DNA of 64,000 nucleotides, from contig CAVSAC010000017.1 in assembly GCA_963725865.1 (NCBI GenBank), positions 1 through 64,000 on the forward strand, written 5' to 3'. The notes below the pieces were generated by a model. The model worked only from the letters and a program-made list of their open reading frames with translations, was not told where the DNA came from and did no database searches. This stretch comes from Candidatus Eiseniibacteriota bacterium. GTDB lineage: Bacteria; Eisenbacteria; RBG-16-71-46. Shown in pieces: positions 22,611-34,760 of this stretch (the stretch's first letter is position 1; each line of letters begins with the position of its first letter). Both the position numbers and the translations under genes were made by a program.

Positions 22611-23642
22611 TCAAGCCGCGTCGTCTCCGTGGGGGCCGTCCGTTCCGGTGTACACCGCGGTTCCGCCTCGCGGTTCGAGGAACCGCTCGACCCGGCTCCA
22701 GCTCCCGGACGGCGCATGAGGCGCTCGGGGCAGGATCCCGTGTCGTCGCGCGTGTGCGAGTGCCGCCGGATGGGTCCGCCACCACGATCGCAGTCGTGCG
22801 GGGGTCCCGATGTCGCTCCACCCGCACTCCGGGAGCGAGATCACGCGCAGCCGGCGTGCGGCGGGCTCGAAGACGTCGCGGCCCAGGTCCAACGATGCGC
22901 GATCCCAGGGGAGCGCGGCCGGATGGGACGATCCGTGGGAGAGCCCCAGGCCCTTTGCCCCGGGGATCGCGAGAGGCTGCGGCTCAATGGATGCATAGAG
23001 GTCCAGCATCTCCTGGACGCCCCCGGCCATGATGAGTGTGTTGCGGAGTCCACCCCGTCGCAGGCACGCGGCAGCCCGGTCCGGCCCGGGCTTCTCGACA
23101 AACTCCGCCACCGTGCTGACGCGCCTGGAGCCCGCGCGAGCCGGGATGATCCAGCCCAGCGTCCGATCGGCTGCGAGCGCGGGCGCGCCCAGCAGCACCA
23201 CGAGCCTCGGGCGGCGTGCCGCGAGGCTCGCCGCCTCGAGGATGGTCGCGCGCAGGATCCCCTCGTCGTCCACGACATGATCGGACGGCAGGACGACGAC
23301 GTCCGCGCCGGGGTCGCGTCCCTGGACGTGGAGGAGGGCGCGCAGCAGCGCGAGCGCGGTGCCCCGGTTCTCGGGCTGCACCAGCAGGTTGTCGGAGCGG
23401 ATCGACCTCAGCTCCGGTTCCCACCAGCGCCGGTGTGCTTCGAGGACCGCGACCACGATGCGGTCGGCGTCCGCGAGCCCGCGAGCGCGGCCGAGGGTGG
23501 AGGCGAGCAGCGAGTCCGGCCCGGCGAGGCGGCAGAACTGCTTGGGCACACTCCCATCCCGGTCGCAGGCCGTCACCGCGCGCAGGCGCTCACCGTGCCC
23601 GCCGGCCAGGACGATGACCCAGGGGCTCCTCACCACGTTCAT
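22611..23642 (-). CDS. Mannose-1-phosphate guanylyltransferase-like nucleotidyltransferase
   Basis: 'IVLAGGHGERL', 'PKQF', 'QPENRGTA', 'LPSDH', 'FVEKP', 'GWSDIGT'; ATGA overlap with the upstream gene. Confidence 0.88.
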   Translation of the reverse strand: MNVVRSPWVIVLAGGHGERLRAVTACDRDGSVPKQFCRLAGPDSLLASTLGRARGLADADRIVVAVLEAHRRWWEPELRSIRSDNLLVQPENRGTALALLRALLHVQGRDPGADVVVLPSDHVVDDEGILRATILEAASLAARRPRLVVLLGAPALAADRTLGWIIPARAGSRRVSTVAEFVEKPGPDRAAACLRRGGLRNTLIMAGGVQEMLDLYASIEPQPLAIPGAKGLGLSHGSSHPAALPWDRASLDLGRDVFEPAARRLRVISLPECGWSDIGTPARLRSWWRTHPAALAHARRHGILPRAPHAPSGSWSRVERFLEPRGGTAVYTGTDGPHGDDAA

Positions 23643-24148
23643 GGCTGGGCACCATCCCAGGTGGTGTGTCCCGTCAGCTCGGACTCCGGCGTGTGCGTGG
23701 CCACGGGACGCCCCGAGTCCCGGGCCACCGCGCGGCCCCGGCTCGCGGAGATGGGACGCTCGGCCGGCCCGGGCGTCGGGCGTCGCCCGGGGGCTGGCGA
23801 CGCCGAGTCCGGGCGGGAGTTCGCGGCCCGGCCGGTACGGGCGAGGCGACGGCCGCGGTGCAGCTCGCGCGCGAGCTCGCGCCGCGCCCGGGTCGCCGCC
23901 CGCGAGAAGGCCGTCTCGATCGACCGGCACGACTCCGCGACGTGGACGGTCTCGAGACCGCGCGCGTCCACCGTCACCTGGCACCGACGGGTGGCGTGCC
24001 GGCCGCGGCCGTGGTCGCGGATCAGACGCACGGTGACGCGCTCGAGGCGGGAGTCGAACGGCCGCAGTCCGTGGCGAAGCCGGCGCTCGATGTCACGTCG
24101 GAACACGGGGGTGGGTTCGAGCCCAAGCCCGCGGATGTCGAGTTCCAT
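23639..24148 (-). CDS. HPF/RaiA-like ribosome-associated protein with low-complexity tail
   Basis: 'MELDIRG...IERRLRHGLRPFDSRLERVTVRL...RCQVTV'; GGAGG RBS. Confidence 0.78.
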   Translation of the reverse strand: MELDIRGLGLEPTPVFRRDIERRLRHGLRPFDSRLERVTVRLIRDHGRGRHATRRCQVTVDARGLETVHVAESCRSIETAFSRAATRARRELARELHRGRRLARTGRAANSRPDSASPAPGRRPTPGPAERPISASRGRAVARDSGRPVATHTPESELTGHTTWDGAQP

Positions 24149-24351
24149 GACCCCTCCTTCGTAGACGTCCCTGACCACCCGGCGGGCCGTGCGCAGCCTC
24201 GCGACGGCCCCGCGGGACGGGGGACGGGGGCGCCCGCTCGCGCGCCCGCTTCGTGCCTCCGTCCCTCTTCAGCCGGCGATCGGACTCCTGCCGGCACCGA
24301 CAATGTCGGCGCTTCGCTCGATTCGGACTAATAGATAGTTTAGGTGTGAAG

Positions 24352-24368
24352 CATCGATTAAAGCGATG
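24352..24368. promoter_or_regulatory. LysR-type T-N11-A binding site
   Basis: CATCG-ATTAAAG-CGATG inverted repeat in an AT-rich patch 13 bp upstream of nhaR. Confidence 0.7.
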
Positions 24369-24381
24369 TAATCTGGCGGCC

Positions 24382-25305
24382 ATGGACCGCTTGAACTACA
24401 ACCATCTGCTCTACTTCTGGCTCACGGCGCGCGAGGGCAGCGTCTCGAAGGCGGCGGCGCGGCTGCGCCTCGCCCAGCCGACGCTCAGCGGGCAGATCCG
24501 CACTCTGGAATCGCTCCTCGGCGAGCGGCTGTTCGAGAAGGTGGGGCGGCGCCTGCAGCTGACCGAGGTCGGCCGGATGGTGTTCGGGTTCGCCGAGGAG
24601 ATCTTCTCGCTCGGCGACGAGCTCATGGACACGATGAAGCGACGTCCGACCCGCCGGCCACCCCGGCTCACGATCGGGCTCTCGGACGTCGTGGCCAAGC
24701 CGGTCGCGCACCGCCTGATCCTGCCCCTGCTCGGCCCGCCCGCGCCGGTGCGCGTCGTGGTGCGTGAGGACAGTCCGGAGAAGCTGCTCGCGGCTCTGGT
24801 GGCGCACGACCTGGACGTGGTGCTGCTCGACTCCCCGCCCGGCCCCGAGGCCGGCGTGCGCGTCTTCAGCCACCTGCTCGGCGAATCCGACATCACGCTG
24901 CTCGCGACCCCCGGTCTGGCGAGCCGCTATCGGCGCCGATTCCCGCGCTCACTCGACGGCGCTCCGTTCCTCCTGCCGGGGCGCACCACGGGGATGAGGC
25001 GTTCGCTGGAGGAGTGGTTCGACCGCCACCACATCCGCCCGCACGTGGTGGGCGAGTTCGACGACAGCGCGCTGGTGATGGTGTTCGGTCAGGGTGGCAG
25101 CGGGATCTTCGCGGTCCCCTCCGTGGTCGAACGCGACGTCCGCAAGACCTACGAGCTCGCCCGCATCGGCCGCGTCGAAGGCGTGAGGGAGCAGCTCTTC
25201 GCGGTCTCGCTGCAGCGCCGTTTCAGCAACCCCGCGGTCGTCGCACTGACCGAACGCGCGCGCAGCGAGCTGTACGCGAGGCCCCGCTCGCGGGCCCGCG
25301 CCTGA
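24382..25305 (+). CDS. nhaR: LysR-family transcriptional activator NhaR-like
   Basis: 'LNYNHLLYFW..AREGSV..AA..L.L.QPTLSGQI..LE', 'GEFDDSAL..FG..G.GIF'. Confidence 0.88.
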   Translation: MDRLNYNHLLYFWLTAREGSVSKAAARLRLAQPTLSGQIRTLESLLGERLFEKVGRRLQLTEVGRMVFGFAEEIFSLGDELMDTMKRRPTRRPPRLTIGLSDVVAKPVAHRLILPLLGPPAPVRVVVREDSPEKLLAALVAHDLDVVLLDSPPGPEAGVRVFSHLLGESDITLLATPGLASRYRRRFPRSLDGAPFLLPGRTTGMRRSLEEWFDRHHIRPHVVGEFDDSALVMVFGQGGSGIFAVPSVVERDVRKTYELARIGRVEGVREQLFAVSLQRRFSNPAVVALTERARSELYARPRSRARA

Positions 25306-25413
25306 AGCCGGTCGGCGGCACGGCCGACCTGGCCCGCGGGTCGTCGTGCCCGAGGGGCATGGGTGCCGCGACCTGTGCCGCGACTGCGCCTCGTCCGCCG
25401 CGGCCTGGGATCC

Positions 25414-28400
25414 TCAGGGCTTGACCGCGCCCGCCACCGACGCCGTCCCCTCCGCGGCCGCTGGCCGCCCGGCCCCGGTCCCCGCCTCTCCCATCACCAC
25501 CCGCAACCTGTGGACCGCGCCGTCGTCGACGAGCGGGATCGAGCCCGGCTCCACCGCGGTGCCGTCGAGCGTGGCGAGCGCGACGCCGCGGTTCCTGCGC
25601 CCGGGATTCTCCACCGTGACCTCGTAGAGGCTCAGCCCGTGGCGGCAGCGCACGCTGAACCCGTCCCACGAAGCCGGGATGCACGGCGCGACCGCGAAGT
25701 TCCGGCCGCAGCGCGTGAGCCCCAGGATCGACTCGAGCCCGAGGCGGTACATCCAGGCGGCGGAGCCGGTGTACCAGGTCCAGCCGCCGCGGCCGATGTG
25801 CGCCGGGTGCGTGTAGACATCGGCGGCCACCACGTAGGGCTCCACCTTGTAGCGCTCGACGTCGACGGGGGTGCGCGTGTGGTTGATCGGGTTCAGCATG
25901 TGGAACCACTCCACCGCCTCGTCGCCGCTGCCGAGCTGCGCGATCGCCATCACCGTCCACAGCGCGGCGTGGGTGTACTGCCCACCGTTCTCGCGCACCC
26001 CCGGCACGTAGCCCTTGATGTAGCCGGGGTCGAGCGCCGATTGGTCGAACGGTGGCTCGAGCAGCTTGATCACGTTGGCGTCGCGCCGCACCAGCTGCAT
26101 GCGCACGGCGTCCATGGCGCGCTCGGCACGCTCGCGCGGCGCCGCGCCGGAGAGCACCGCCCAGCTCTGTGAGATGGCGTCGATGCGGCACTCGGACAGC
26201 TGGGCCGCTCCGAGCGGGGTGCCGTCGTCGAAGTAGGCGCGGCGGTACCAGTCGCCGTCCCACGCCTGCTCGAGCATGGCGTTCAGCCGTTCGCGCTCGT
26301 GGCGCCAGCGGGTGGCGCGCGGCGGAGTCGCCCTGGGCGGCGACGACGGCGGCGAAGTCGTGCAGGATCTTCGACAGGAACCAGCCCAGCCACACGCTCT
26401 CGCCCTGGCCCTCGTGCCCGACGCGGTTCATCCCGTCGTTCCAGTCGCCGGTGCCGATCAGCGGCAGGCCGTGCCGGCCGGTCGTCAGTGCGCGCTCGAT
26501 CGCACGGATGCAGTGTTCGTAGAGCGTCGCGGTCTCTTCCGCGGGGTCCGGCCGCCCGTATCGCTCGAGCTCGCCGGGCGCGAGCACCGGCGCGCGCAGG
26601 AACCGGACGCGCTCGTCGAGCACGGCCGAGTCGCCGGTGCACCGCCAGATAGTGGGTCACGGCGTAGGGCAGCCACAGCAGGTCGTCGGAGCACCGGGTG
26701 CGCACGCCGCGGCCGGTGTGCTCGTGCCACCAGTGCTGGACGTCGCCCTCGGCGAACTGCCGGCCGGCGCAGCGCAGCAGGTGCTCGCGGTAGAGATCGG
26801 GGCGCGCGAGCCCGAGCGCCATCACGTCCTGCAGCTGGTCGCGGAAGCCGTAGGCGCCGCCGGGCTGGAAGAATCCGGTGCGGCCCCACAGCCGCGAGCT
26901 GAGCGACTGGTAGAGCAGCCAGCGGTTCATGAGCAGGTCGAAGGAATCGTCGGGCGTCTTCACCTGCACGGTGCCGAGCATCGCGTCCCAGTGCTGCTCG
27001 ATCTGCGCCTCGGCCGCGCGTGCCGCCGCGACGCTGCCGAAGCGGGCGGCCAGCGCCAGCGCGTGCGCGCGGTCGTCGCCCTGTCCCAGCAGCACCACGA
27101 GCTCGCGCGTCTCCCCGGCGGCGAGGTCCACGCGCAGCTGCAGCGCCGCGCACGGGTCGATGCCGGCGCCGAAGCGCATGCCCAGCGACTGGCGCGCCAG
27201 CGCCGCCGGCCGGCGCAGCGAGCCGTTGCGGCCCAGGAACTCGAGCCGGTCGCCGGTCGCGGACGCCGACGGCTGGCTGGCGTGCGCGAATGCCGACCCG
27301 TCCGGCGAAGTCGGGGTTGTAGGGGTTGCGAGCCAGCAGCACGCCGGTCTCGGCGTCCTGCTCGGTGACCACGAAGCGCTGGTCGCCGGCACGCGGCGGG
27401 CACAGCGCCCACTCGTTGTAGGCGAACACGCTCAGGTGGCGGCGCTGCTGGCTGTGATTGGTGAGCGTGAGCCGCGAGAACTTGAGCGGCTCCTGGGCGT
27501 GCACGAACACGGTGGACACGCAGGTGATGTCGTGGGCGCGATGCGCGTAGCGCGTGAACCCGGCGCCGTGGCGGGTCACCCAGCGACCGCCGTCGCGCCG
27601 CCGCGGCAGCGGGCCGGGCGTGGCGCCCCACACCTCGGCGTCGTCCTCGTCGCGCAGGTAGATGGCCTCGCCGCTGAACTCGCTCACCGGGTCGTTGCCG
27701 AACGGCGTGAGGCGGTTCTCGCGGCTGTTGCCGGCCCAGGTCCACGCCGCGCCGGTGGCGCCGCACCACGGTGCCGAAGCTCGGGTTCGCGATCACGTTC
27801 GACCCACGGCTGCGGCGTGTCAGCGTCGCCGTTCAGCACGATCGCGTACTCGCGCCCGTCGGCGGTGAAGCCGCCGAGCCCGTTCGCGTGCGTGAGCGTC
27901 GGCGCCTCGACATCAGGGCCGGGGCCATTGGTGCTCGGCGCCGGGCGGGCTCGAGCGCGTCGCCATCGCGGCCGGCCACGACGGCTCCGGGTGGGGGAGG
28001 CCGAGCTGGTTGGCGAGGTCTCCGCTCAGCACCGCCTGCGCCGCCGCCAGCAGCACGTTGCGCTCGGCCTCGGGCATGCCGTCGCCGCGCAGCAGGAACA
28101 CGCCGCCCGGCCGGTCGCGCCACGCGGCCCACGGGCCCTTCTCGAGCAGGCTCTGCAGCTGCGCGTGGATCTCGTCCAGGTAGCTCACCGGGAACTCGTT
28201 CAGGATGACGACGTCGACGCTCAGCCCCTTGAGCCGCCAGTACTCCTGCGCGCGCAGCACCTGGCGCACCAGCGCCAGGTCGTCGTCGTCGACCACGCGC
28301 GCGATCAGGATCGGCAGGTCGCCCGACACGCCGTGCGCCCACAGGCCGGACTGGCCCAGCGTGTTGCCCGCGAACACCGCCGCACCGGCGCGCATGGTGG

Positions 28401-31400
28401 CGTCGGTCCACAGCACGCGCGAGGCGAGCCGCTCGTAGAGCTGCGCCTCGTCGGCCGGGATCCCGAGGTGGCGCAGTCGCATCTGGGTCTGGGTCGCGGC
28501 GAGCGCGAAGGTGCGTGCGGCCGAGGTGGGATCGTCGTACTTCTCCGCCAGCGCGATCGCCCCGGCGCGGCTGGTGGCGACGCCGGTCGCGAAGGCGAGG
28601 CGCACCACGCCGCCGGGGGCGATGCGCACGCGCCGGCGCAGGCTCAGGATCGGATCGAGCACCGCGCCGGTGGTGCCCGAGAGCGCCCGGCCGTCGAGCG
28701 CGATCGGGTCCTCCGGCGTGCGGCCGCGGCCCATGAAGCGCGCGCGGTCGGTCTCCCACTCGATGGCGCCGTGCACGCCGTCCTCGGCGCTCAGCACGTG
28801 CACCGCCCACGGCGCTCATCTCGTCGCTCGAGCGCGGCCGGCGGCCGCACAGCAGCGCCATGCACTCGGAGCGGTACTCGGTCTCGAGGAACAGCTTGCG
28901 GAACGCCGGGTGGCGAGACGTCGTCGGCGTTCGGAGCGAGCACGATCTCGACCAGGCTCGTGACCTCGATCTCGCGCAGCAGGTCGGACTGGTTGATGAG
29001 CGTGATCCGGCGCACCTCGACGTCGTCCTCGGGCGAGACCGTGACCTCCAGGCGCGTCTCGATGCCGTCGTCGCGACGCTCGAACAGCGACGTCGTCGGC
29101 GCGGAAGGTCACGCGGTAGCGCTCGGTCTCGCGGCACACCGGCTGGTGCGCGGCCGACCAGATCAGCCCGCTGCGCACGTCGCGCAGGTAGATGAACTGG
29201 CTGCCCGTGATCGCGGGTGGAGTCGTCGCGCTGCCGCGTGACCGCGCGGCCGCGCCAGCGTGCTGGTGCCGCCGCCGGCGTTGGTGACCACCGTGGTGTA
29301 CTGGCCGTTCGACAGGAAGTGGGCGCTCGGGTAGAGCGTGTGCGGCGAGCGGAAGCGCCGCGGCGACGCCAGCGGCACCAGCGGATCGATGCGGGTCGAC
29401 TCGGCCGGACGCGGGCGGACGACAGGCACGAAGCGCGGCACGCGCTCCTGCAGCAGCGGCTCGGTGGCCTGCACGCGCGGATCGGAGTGGAAGCGCCGCA
29501 CCATCGGGGTCGCCGCAGCACGACGTTGGTCAGCGCGACCAGGCTCATGCCCTGGTGATGGGCGAAGAACGCGCGGACGCGATGCATGCGCGCCTCGTCG
29601 GGCGGCGCGGTGTCGCCGGCGACCGCCACGTCGTCGGGCGCGAGGCTCTTGCGCGGCGTGTAGTCGAGCGCCTCGTCGAACCCGAAGCGCCCCGCCGAGC
29701 TCTCGCGCGCCAGGCGGCGGAAGTTCGCGGCCGCGGCGGTGGGATCGACCAGAGCCGCCAGCGCGGTGGCGTAGGGCGCGATCACCAGGTCCTCGGCGAG
29801 CCCGCGCTTGAGCCCCAGCGCCGGGCACGCCGAACGCCCGGTACTGGTAGTTGCCGTGCGAGTCCTGCACGTGTAGGCCGACTCCGAGATGCCCCACGGC
29901 ACGCCGTGCGTGCCGGCCGTAGATCGATCTGCGCGCGCACGCAGCTCGCGGCAGCGTCTGGTCGAGCAGCGTCTCGGGGTGGCTGCGCATGAGCAGCAGC
30001 GGCATCAGGTACTCGAACATCGAGCCGCTCCACGACACCAGCGTGGTGCAGCCGTCGACGCTCGACCAGGGCGCGCGAGAGCCGGAACCAGTGCTCCTGC
30101 GGCACCTCGCCGCGGGCGATGGCGACGAAGCTCGCCAGCCGCGCCTCCGAGGCCAGCAGGTCGTAGTACGACGGGTCGAGACGCCCCGGCCCCTCGGCGT
30201 CGGCGAGCCGGTAGCCGATCGCGAAGAAGCCGCGCGCCGAGTCGTAGAGGAAGCGCCAGTCCATGTCGTTGGCCAGCGCGTCGCTGCGGTGCGCGAGCTC
30301 GAGCAGGCGCTCGCGCAGCGGTGCCGCACCCGCCGCGCCCTCGGCCGCGGGCTCGAGCGCCTCCACGAGCAGCCGGCTCCACTCGGCGACCTCTTCCGCC
30401 TCGGGGCCGCCGGGCACCGCGGTCATCACCCGTGCGAGCGCCGCGCGCAGCTCCGCCGCGCTCTGGCGCGCCGCCTCGAGCCGCGTCTCGGCCGGCGCCG
30501 CCTCGACCAGCCGCGCGCGCAGCGCGGTGAGCTCCACCTGCGCGAGGCTGCACTGCGCGCGCAGGGCGGTCGCGGCGTGGGCGTGCTGCGACAGCGCGGT
30601 GAGCGCCTCGCCGAGCACGCCCGCGGTGTCGGCCAGCCCCGCGCAGGTCGCGTCGCGGTCCGCGGTGGCGTCGGCGCGCTCGCGCAGCCCCGCGGCCAGC
30701 GTCATCAGCGCGCCCGCCAGGTTGCCGCTGTCCACGGTCGACACGTAGCGCGGCGCGAGCGGCGCGAGGCTGGTGGTGTCGTACCAGTTGAGCAGGTGGC
30801 CCTCGTGACGCTCGAGCGCCTCGACGGTGGTGAGCGTGTCCTCGATCCGCTCGGCGAGCCGCTCGGTCCCGAGGTAGCCCAGGTCGTGCGCGGCGAGCGT
30901 GGAGAGCAGCCCCATGCCGATGTTGGTCGGCGAGGTGCGGTGGGCGATGCAGCAGCCCCGGCGCCTCCTGGACGTTGTCGGGCGGCAGCCGGTGCTCCGC
31001 GGCGGTGACGAAGGTCTCGAAGTAGTGCCAGGTCCGGCGCGCGATGCGACGCAGCTGCGCCGCGTCCTCGGGCCCGAGCGCCAGGCGCCGCGGCACCACC
31101 GGGTGGCTCAGCCACCAGGCCACCAGCGGCGAGGCGAGCCAGGCGACCAGGAACGGCAGCGCCACCGGCAGCGCGCTCGAGCGCAGCGGGAGCACGCCCA
31201 GCAGCGCCACGAGCGCCGCCGCCGGCCCGGCCCACATCTCGGCGATGAACACCCGGACGCCGCCGCGCGCGAGCAGTCCGGCGGCGCGCGCCGCGGTGGT
31301 GGCGGCGGTCTCCCACTCCAGCAGCCGGCGCTGGGTGATCACCATGCGCACCAGCGTCAGCACGATCGCGTGCAGCATCTCGTAGGCGTGGTAGGCGAGC

Positions 31401-34098
31401 AGCGTGATCTCGAGCAGCACCTGGGCGGTCGCGGCTCGCAGCTCCGACCACACGTCGTGCAGGAACACGCCGAACGGCTGCTGCGGGCGCGGGCCGCCGA
31501 GGAAGTGCGACCACCGAGGGCAGCAACGGGAAGCCGAGCACCGCCATCGCGGCCAGGGTCCAGAGCCAGGGGCGAGCCCGGCAGCCACGTCCACGCCGAC
31601 GCCAGCAGCGCGAGCAGCGCCGGCGCCAGCAGGCTGCGGCGCAGGTTGTCGAGGATCTTCCAGCGGCTGATGAGCGGCAGCCGGTTGCGCTCCAGGCCGC
31701 GCCGCGTCGGCATCACCGGCAGCAGGCAGAACAGCATCTGCCAGTCGCCGCGCACCCAGCGGTGCTGGCGCCGCGCGTGGGCGAGCACGCTGGAGGGGAA
31801 GTCGTCCACGAGCTCGACGTCGGAGACCAGCGCGCAGCGCGCGTAGAGGCCCTCGAACAGGTCGTGCGAGAGCAGCGCGTTCTCCGGCACCCGGCCCTCG
31901 AGCGCGGCGGTGAAGGCGTCCACGTCGTACAGGCCCTTGCCGGTGAAGCTGCCCTCGCCGAACAGGTCCTGGTAGGTGTCGGACACCGCCGTCGTGTAGG
32001 GGTCGATGCCGGTGTGCCCGGCGTAGACGCGCGCGAACAGCGAGCCGGCCGCGCTCGCCATGGTGACGCTCACCCGCGGCTGCAGGATGCCGTAGCCCTC
32101 GGTGACCCGCCCGAGCCGCGGGTCGAGCGCGGCGCGGTTGAGCGGATGCGTCGATGATGCCGATCAGCCGCCGCGCCGCGTCGCGCGGCAGGCGCGTGTC
32201 GCTGTCGAGCGTGATGCAGTAGCGCACCCGCGCCAGGATCGCTGGGCTCGCCGACCTGCACGACGAAGCTGGTGTCGGTGGCGCCGCGCAGCAGCCGGTT
32301 GAACTCCTCGATCTTGCCGCGCTTGCGCTCCCAGCCCATCCACACGCCTTCGCTGCCGTTCCAGTGGCGCGCGCGGTGGAACAGGTAGAAGCGGTCGGCG
32401 GTGCCGGGCGCGTAGCGCGCGTTGAGCGCCTCGATGCCCGCGACGCGCCGCCGCCAGCACCGCGTCCTCGCCCGGCAGCGTGTCCGTCGCGGCGTCGGGG
32501 AAGTCGGTGAGCAGCGCGAAGTGGATGTGCGGATCCAGGTTGCCCAGGGCGTGGACCTCGAGGTGCTCGATCAGGTCGCGCACGCCTTCGATCGACGAGA
32601 TCAGCGTCGGCACGATCACCATCGTGCGCGCCGCCTCGGGCACGCCATGGCGCAGGTCGAGTCGCGGCAGCGGCATCGGCCGCACCGAGCGGTGCACCAC
32701 GCGCTGCGTGATCGCCACCGCCAGCTCGCTGGCCGGGATCAGGACCAGCGCGGCGATCCAGGCCCACATCCAGTGCGGCACCCCCTCCACCTCGGCCACC
32801 ATCACCGCGCCCGTCACCGCGAGCGCGGTGAGGATCGCCAGCGAGCCGAGGTAGAACGACGTGGCGTGCGAGAACGCCAGGCGCTCGAGCCGCCGCCGCA
32901 GCGGCGGGTGGCAGGCCACGTCGCTCTCGAGCTCGCGGCGGCCACCGCCGATCAGGTGGTAGCCCACGTGGGACACGCGCGGATCGAGCCCCGGCGTCTC
33001 CATCGCCTGGCGTGCGCTCTCGATCGCGCGCAGCGCGACCCGCACCTGCGCCTCGCCGGTCGGCTCGGCCAGGATCTCGACCGCGTGGCGGTAGCGGTCG
33101 CGGCTCGCGAAGTCCATGCGCTCGTACAGGGCCGGGGGATCGCGGCGCAGGATCTGCTCGATCAGGCTCACGCCCTCGATGTACTCGTTCCAGTCCAGGC
33201 TCGAGCACAGCCGCAGGCTGGTGATGGAGTTGCCCATCGACAGCAGGTTCATGGCGCGCCGCTGGTGCTCGGAGCGCACCGCGTCCTCGACCGTGGCGCC
33301 CATGGCGTCGAGCCGCTCCTCGAGCTGCTTGCGCAGCTCGGCCGCGCCCGGCCCGTACTCGCGCATGCGCTGCAGCAGGTGGTCCACGAACGCGACGTGG
33401 AGCACCTCGGGCAGCACCGGTGGGCGCCCGTTCGCGGGCGCGGCCTCGAAGGCGGCGAGGCAGCGGTCGGCCTCGCGGCGCGCGGCGCGGCTCTCGAGCA
33501 GCTCCTCGGAGAGGCGGCGCAGGTGCTCGATGAGCGCGAGCTTGAGCATGCTCGGCCACGCCCACAGCTCGCCGATGCTGAGCGGCGCGACCGTCTGGTA
33601 GGACTTCATGAACCGGTCGAGCCGCTGGGCGTCGATGCGCGCGTCGCTGTAGCGCAGCAGCTCGACCGCCATGGCGTAGACGCGCGCCGTCCCCGCCAGC
33701 CCGCGCGCGGCGAGCTTGGGCAGCTCCTGGTAGTAGCGCGTCGGCAGGTAGCGGCGGATCTCGCGCAGCTCGCCTTCCACGAGGTGGAAGTTGTCGAGCA
33801 GCCACTCGGCCGTCGGCGTGCCGGCCTCGCCGCGGCGCACGTCGCCGGCGAGCGTGCGGTAGGCCTGGCGGAGCACCTGCGCGTCGTCGGACAGGCGCCT
33901 CAGCAGCCGCGGCGGCCCGCGCCGTGGATCGCGCGCGAGCGTGAATTCCGCCGCCAGCGTCCGGGCGCGCTCCTCGAGGCGCTCCACGCCCAGCAGCTCG
34001 CCGTGCAGGGGGCTGGAATCGAGCCCGATCAATCGGGGTAGCGTTCCGCCCTGCGGGCCAGGGGTGGAGCTCAGGCGGGGGTCACGGGCAAGAGCCAA
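25414..34098 (-). CDS. ndvB: Cyclic beta-1,2-glucan synthase (Cgs/NdvB/ChvB-type; GT84 + GH94 domains), many frameshifts
   Basis: ~8.7 kb; 'EWLLDNF', '[20 protein letters not shown]', 'LSHDLFEG', 'RWVRGDWQ', '[10 protein letters not shown]', '[12 protein letters not shown]', '[11 protein letters not shown]', '[13 protein letters not shown]', '[13 protein letters not shown]', '[12 protein letters not shown]'. Confidence 0.93.
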
Positions 34099-34268
34099 GT
34101 GCCGACCGTCCTTCCTAGACGGACCGCGGGAGAGTCCGCGGCCGCGATGGAGGCGGCAGGCGCATCTTAGCAGGCTTTCGCGCGTAGGTCGTGCGCCGGC
34201 GGGGTCGCAGCGCGGCGGACCCGGCTGCGGTCGATCGCGGGTCAGCCGAGTGACGGGCAGCCCGATGG

Positions 34269-34718
34269 CTACTTCTTCTTGATGGACCTGGGCGGCTTCG
34301 ACAGCGCGGACGACTTGACGGCGCGAGTGGCCGGCTGCGAGGTCGCCTTGGAGGCCACGCCGCGCGCGAGGCCCTTGGAGACCGGAGGCTGGAGCTGTGA
34401 ACCCATCCGCGAGCCCGGCTGCTGGTTCGCGATCGCGGAGGCCACCTCGTCCTTCGCGATCAGGCTGCGGATGAAGTTGGGCGTGGCCTCGACCGCGACC
34501 GAGGAGAGGTTGCGGAACACGTTGAAGCGCAGCGGCGCCTCGCCGGTCTCCTTCTGGACCCGCTGGATCAGCTCACTGGCCAGCTGCTCGGTGCGCGCGG
34601 GGGCGGAGACCGACTCGCCGGCGTCGGGCTTGAGGACCACGACCACCTGGACGGGGTCCTTCGACTCGCGCGCCTTGTCGAGGAGCGTGGCTAGGATGGG
34701 ATCGATCCGTGGCTGCAT
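34269..34718 (-). CDS. Hypothetical protein resembling a free-standing subtilase prodomain (I9-like) with Lys-rich tail
   Basis: 'VQVVVVLKP...FNVFRNLSSVAVEA...IRSLIAKDEVASAI' parallels the N-terminus of the adjacent S8 protease. Confidence 0.7.
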   Translation of the reverse strand: MQPRIDPILATLLDKARESKDPVQVVVVLKPDAGESVSAPARTEQLASELIQRVQKETGEAPLRFNVFRNLSSVAVEATPNFIRSLIAKDEVASAIANQQPGSRMGSQLQPPVSKGLARGVASKATSQPATRAVKSSALSKPPRSIKKK

Positions 34719-34760
34719 CGTGGGTCCGCCTCACGGCGCCGGGGTGGAGTGACGCGCGAA

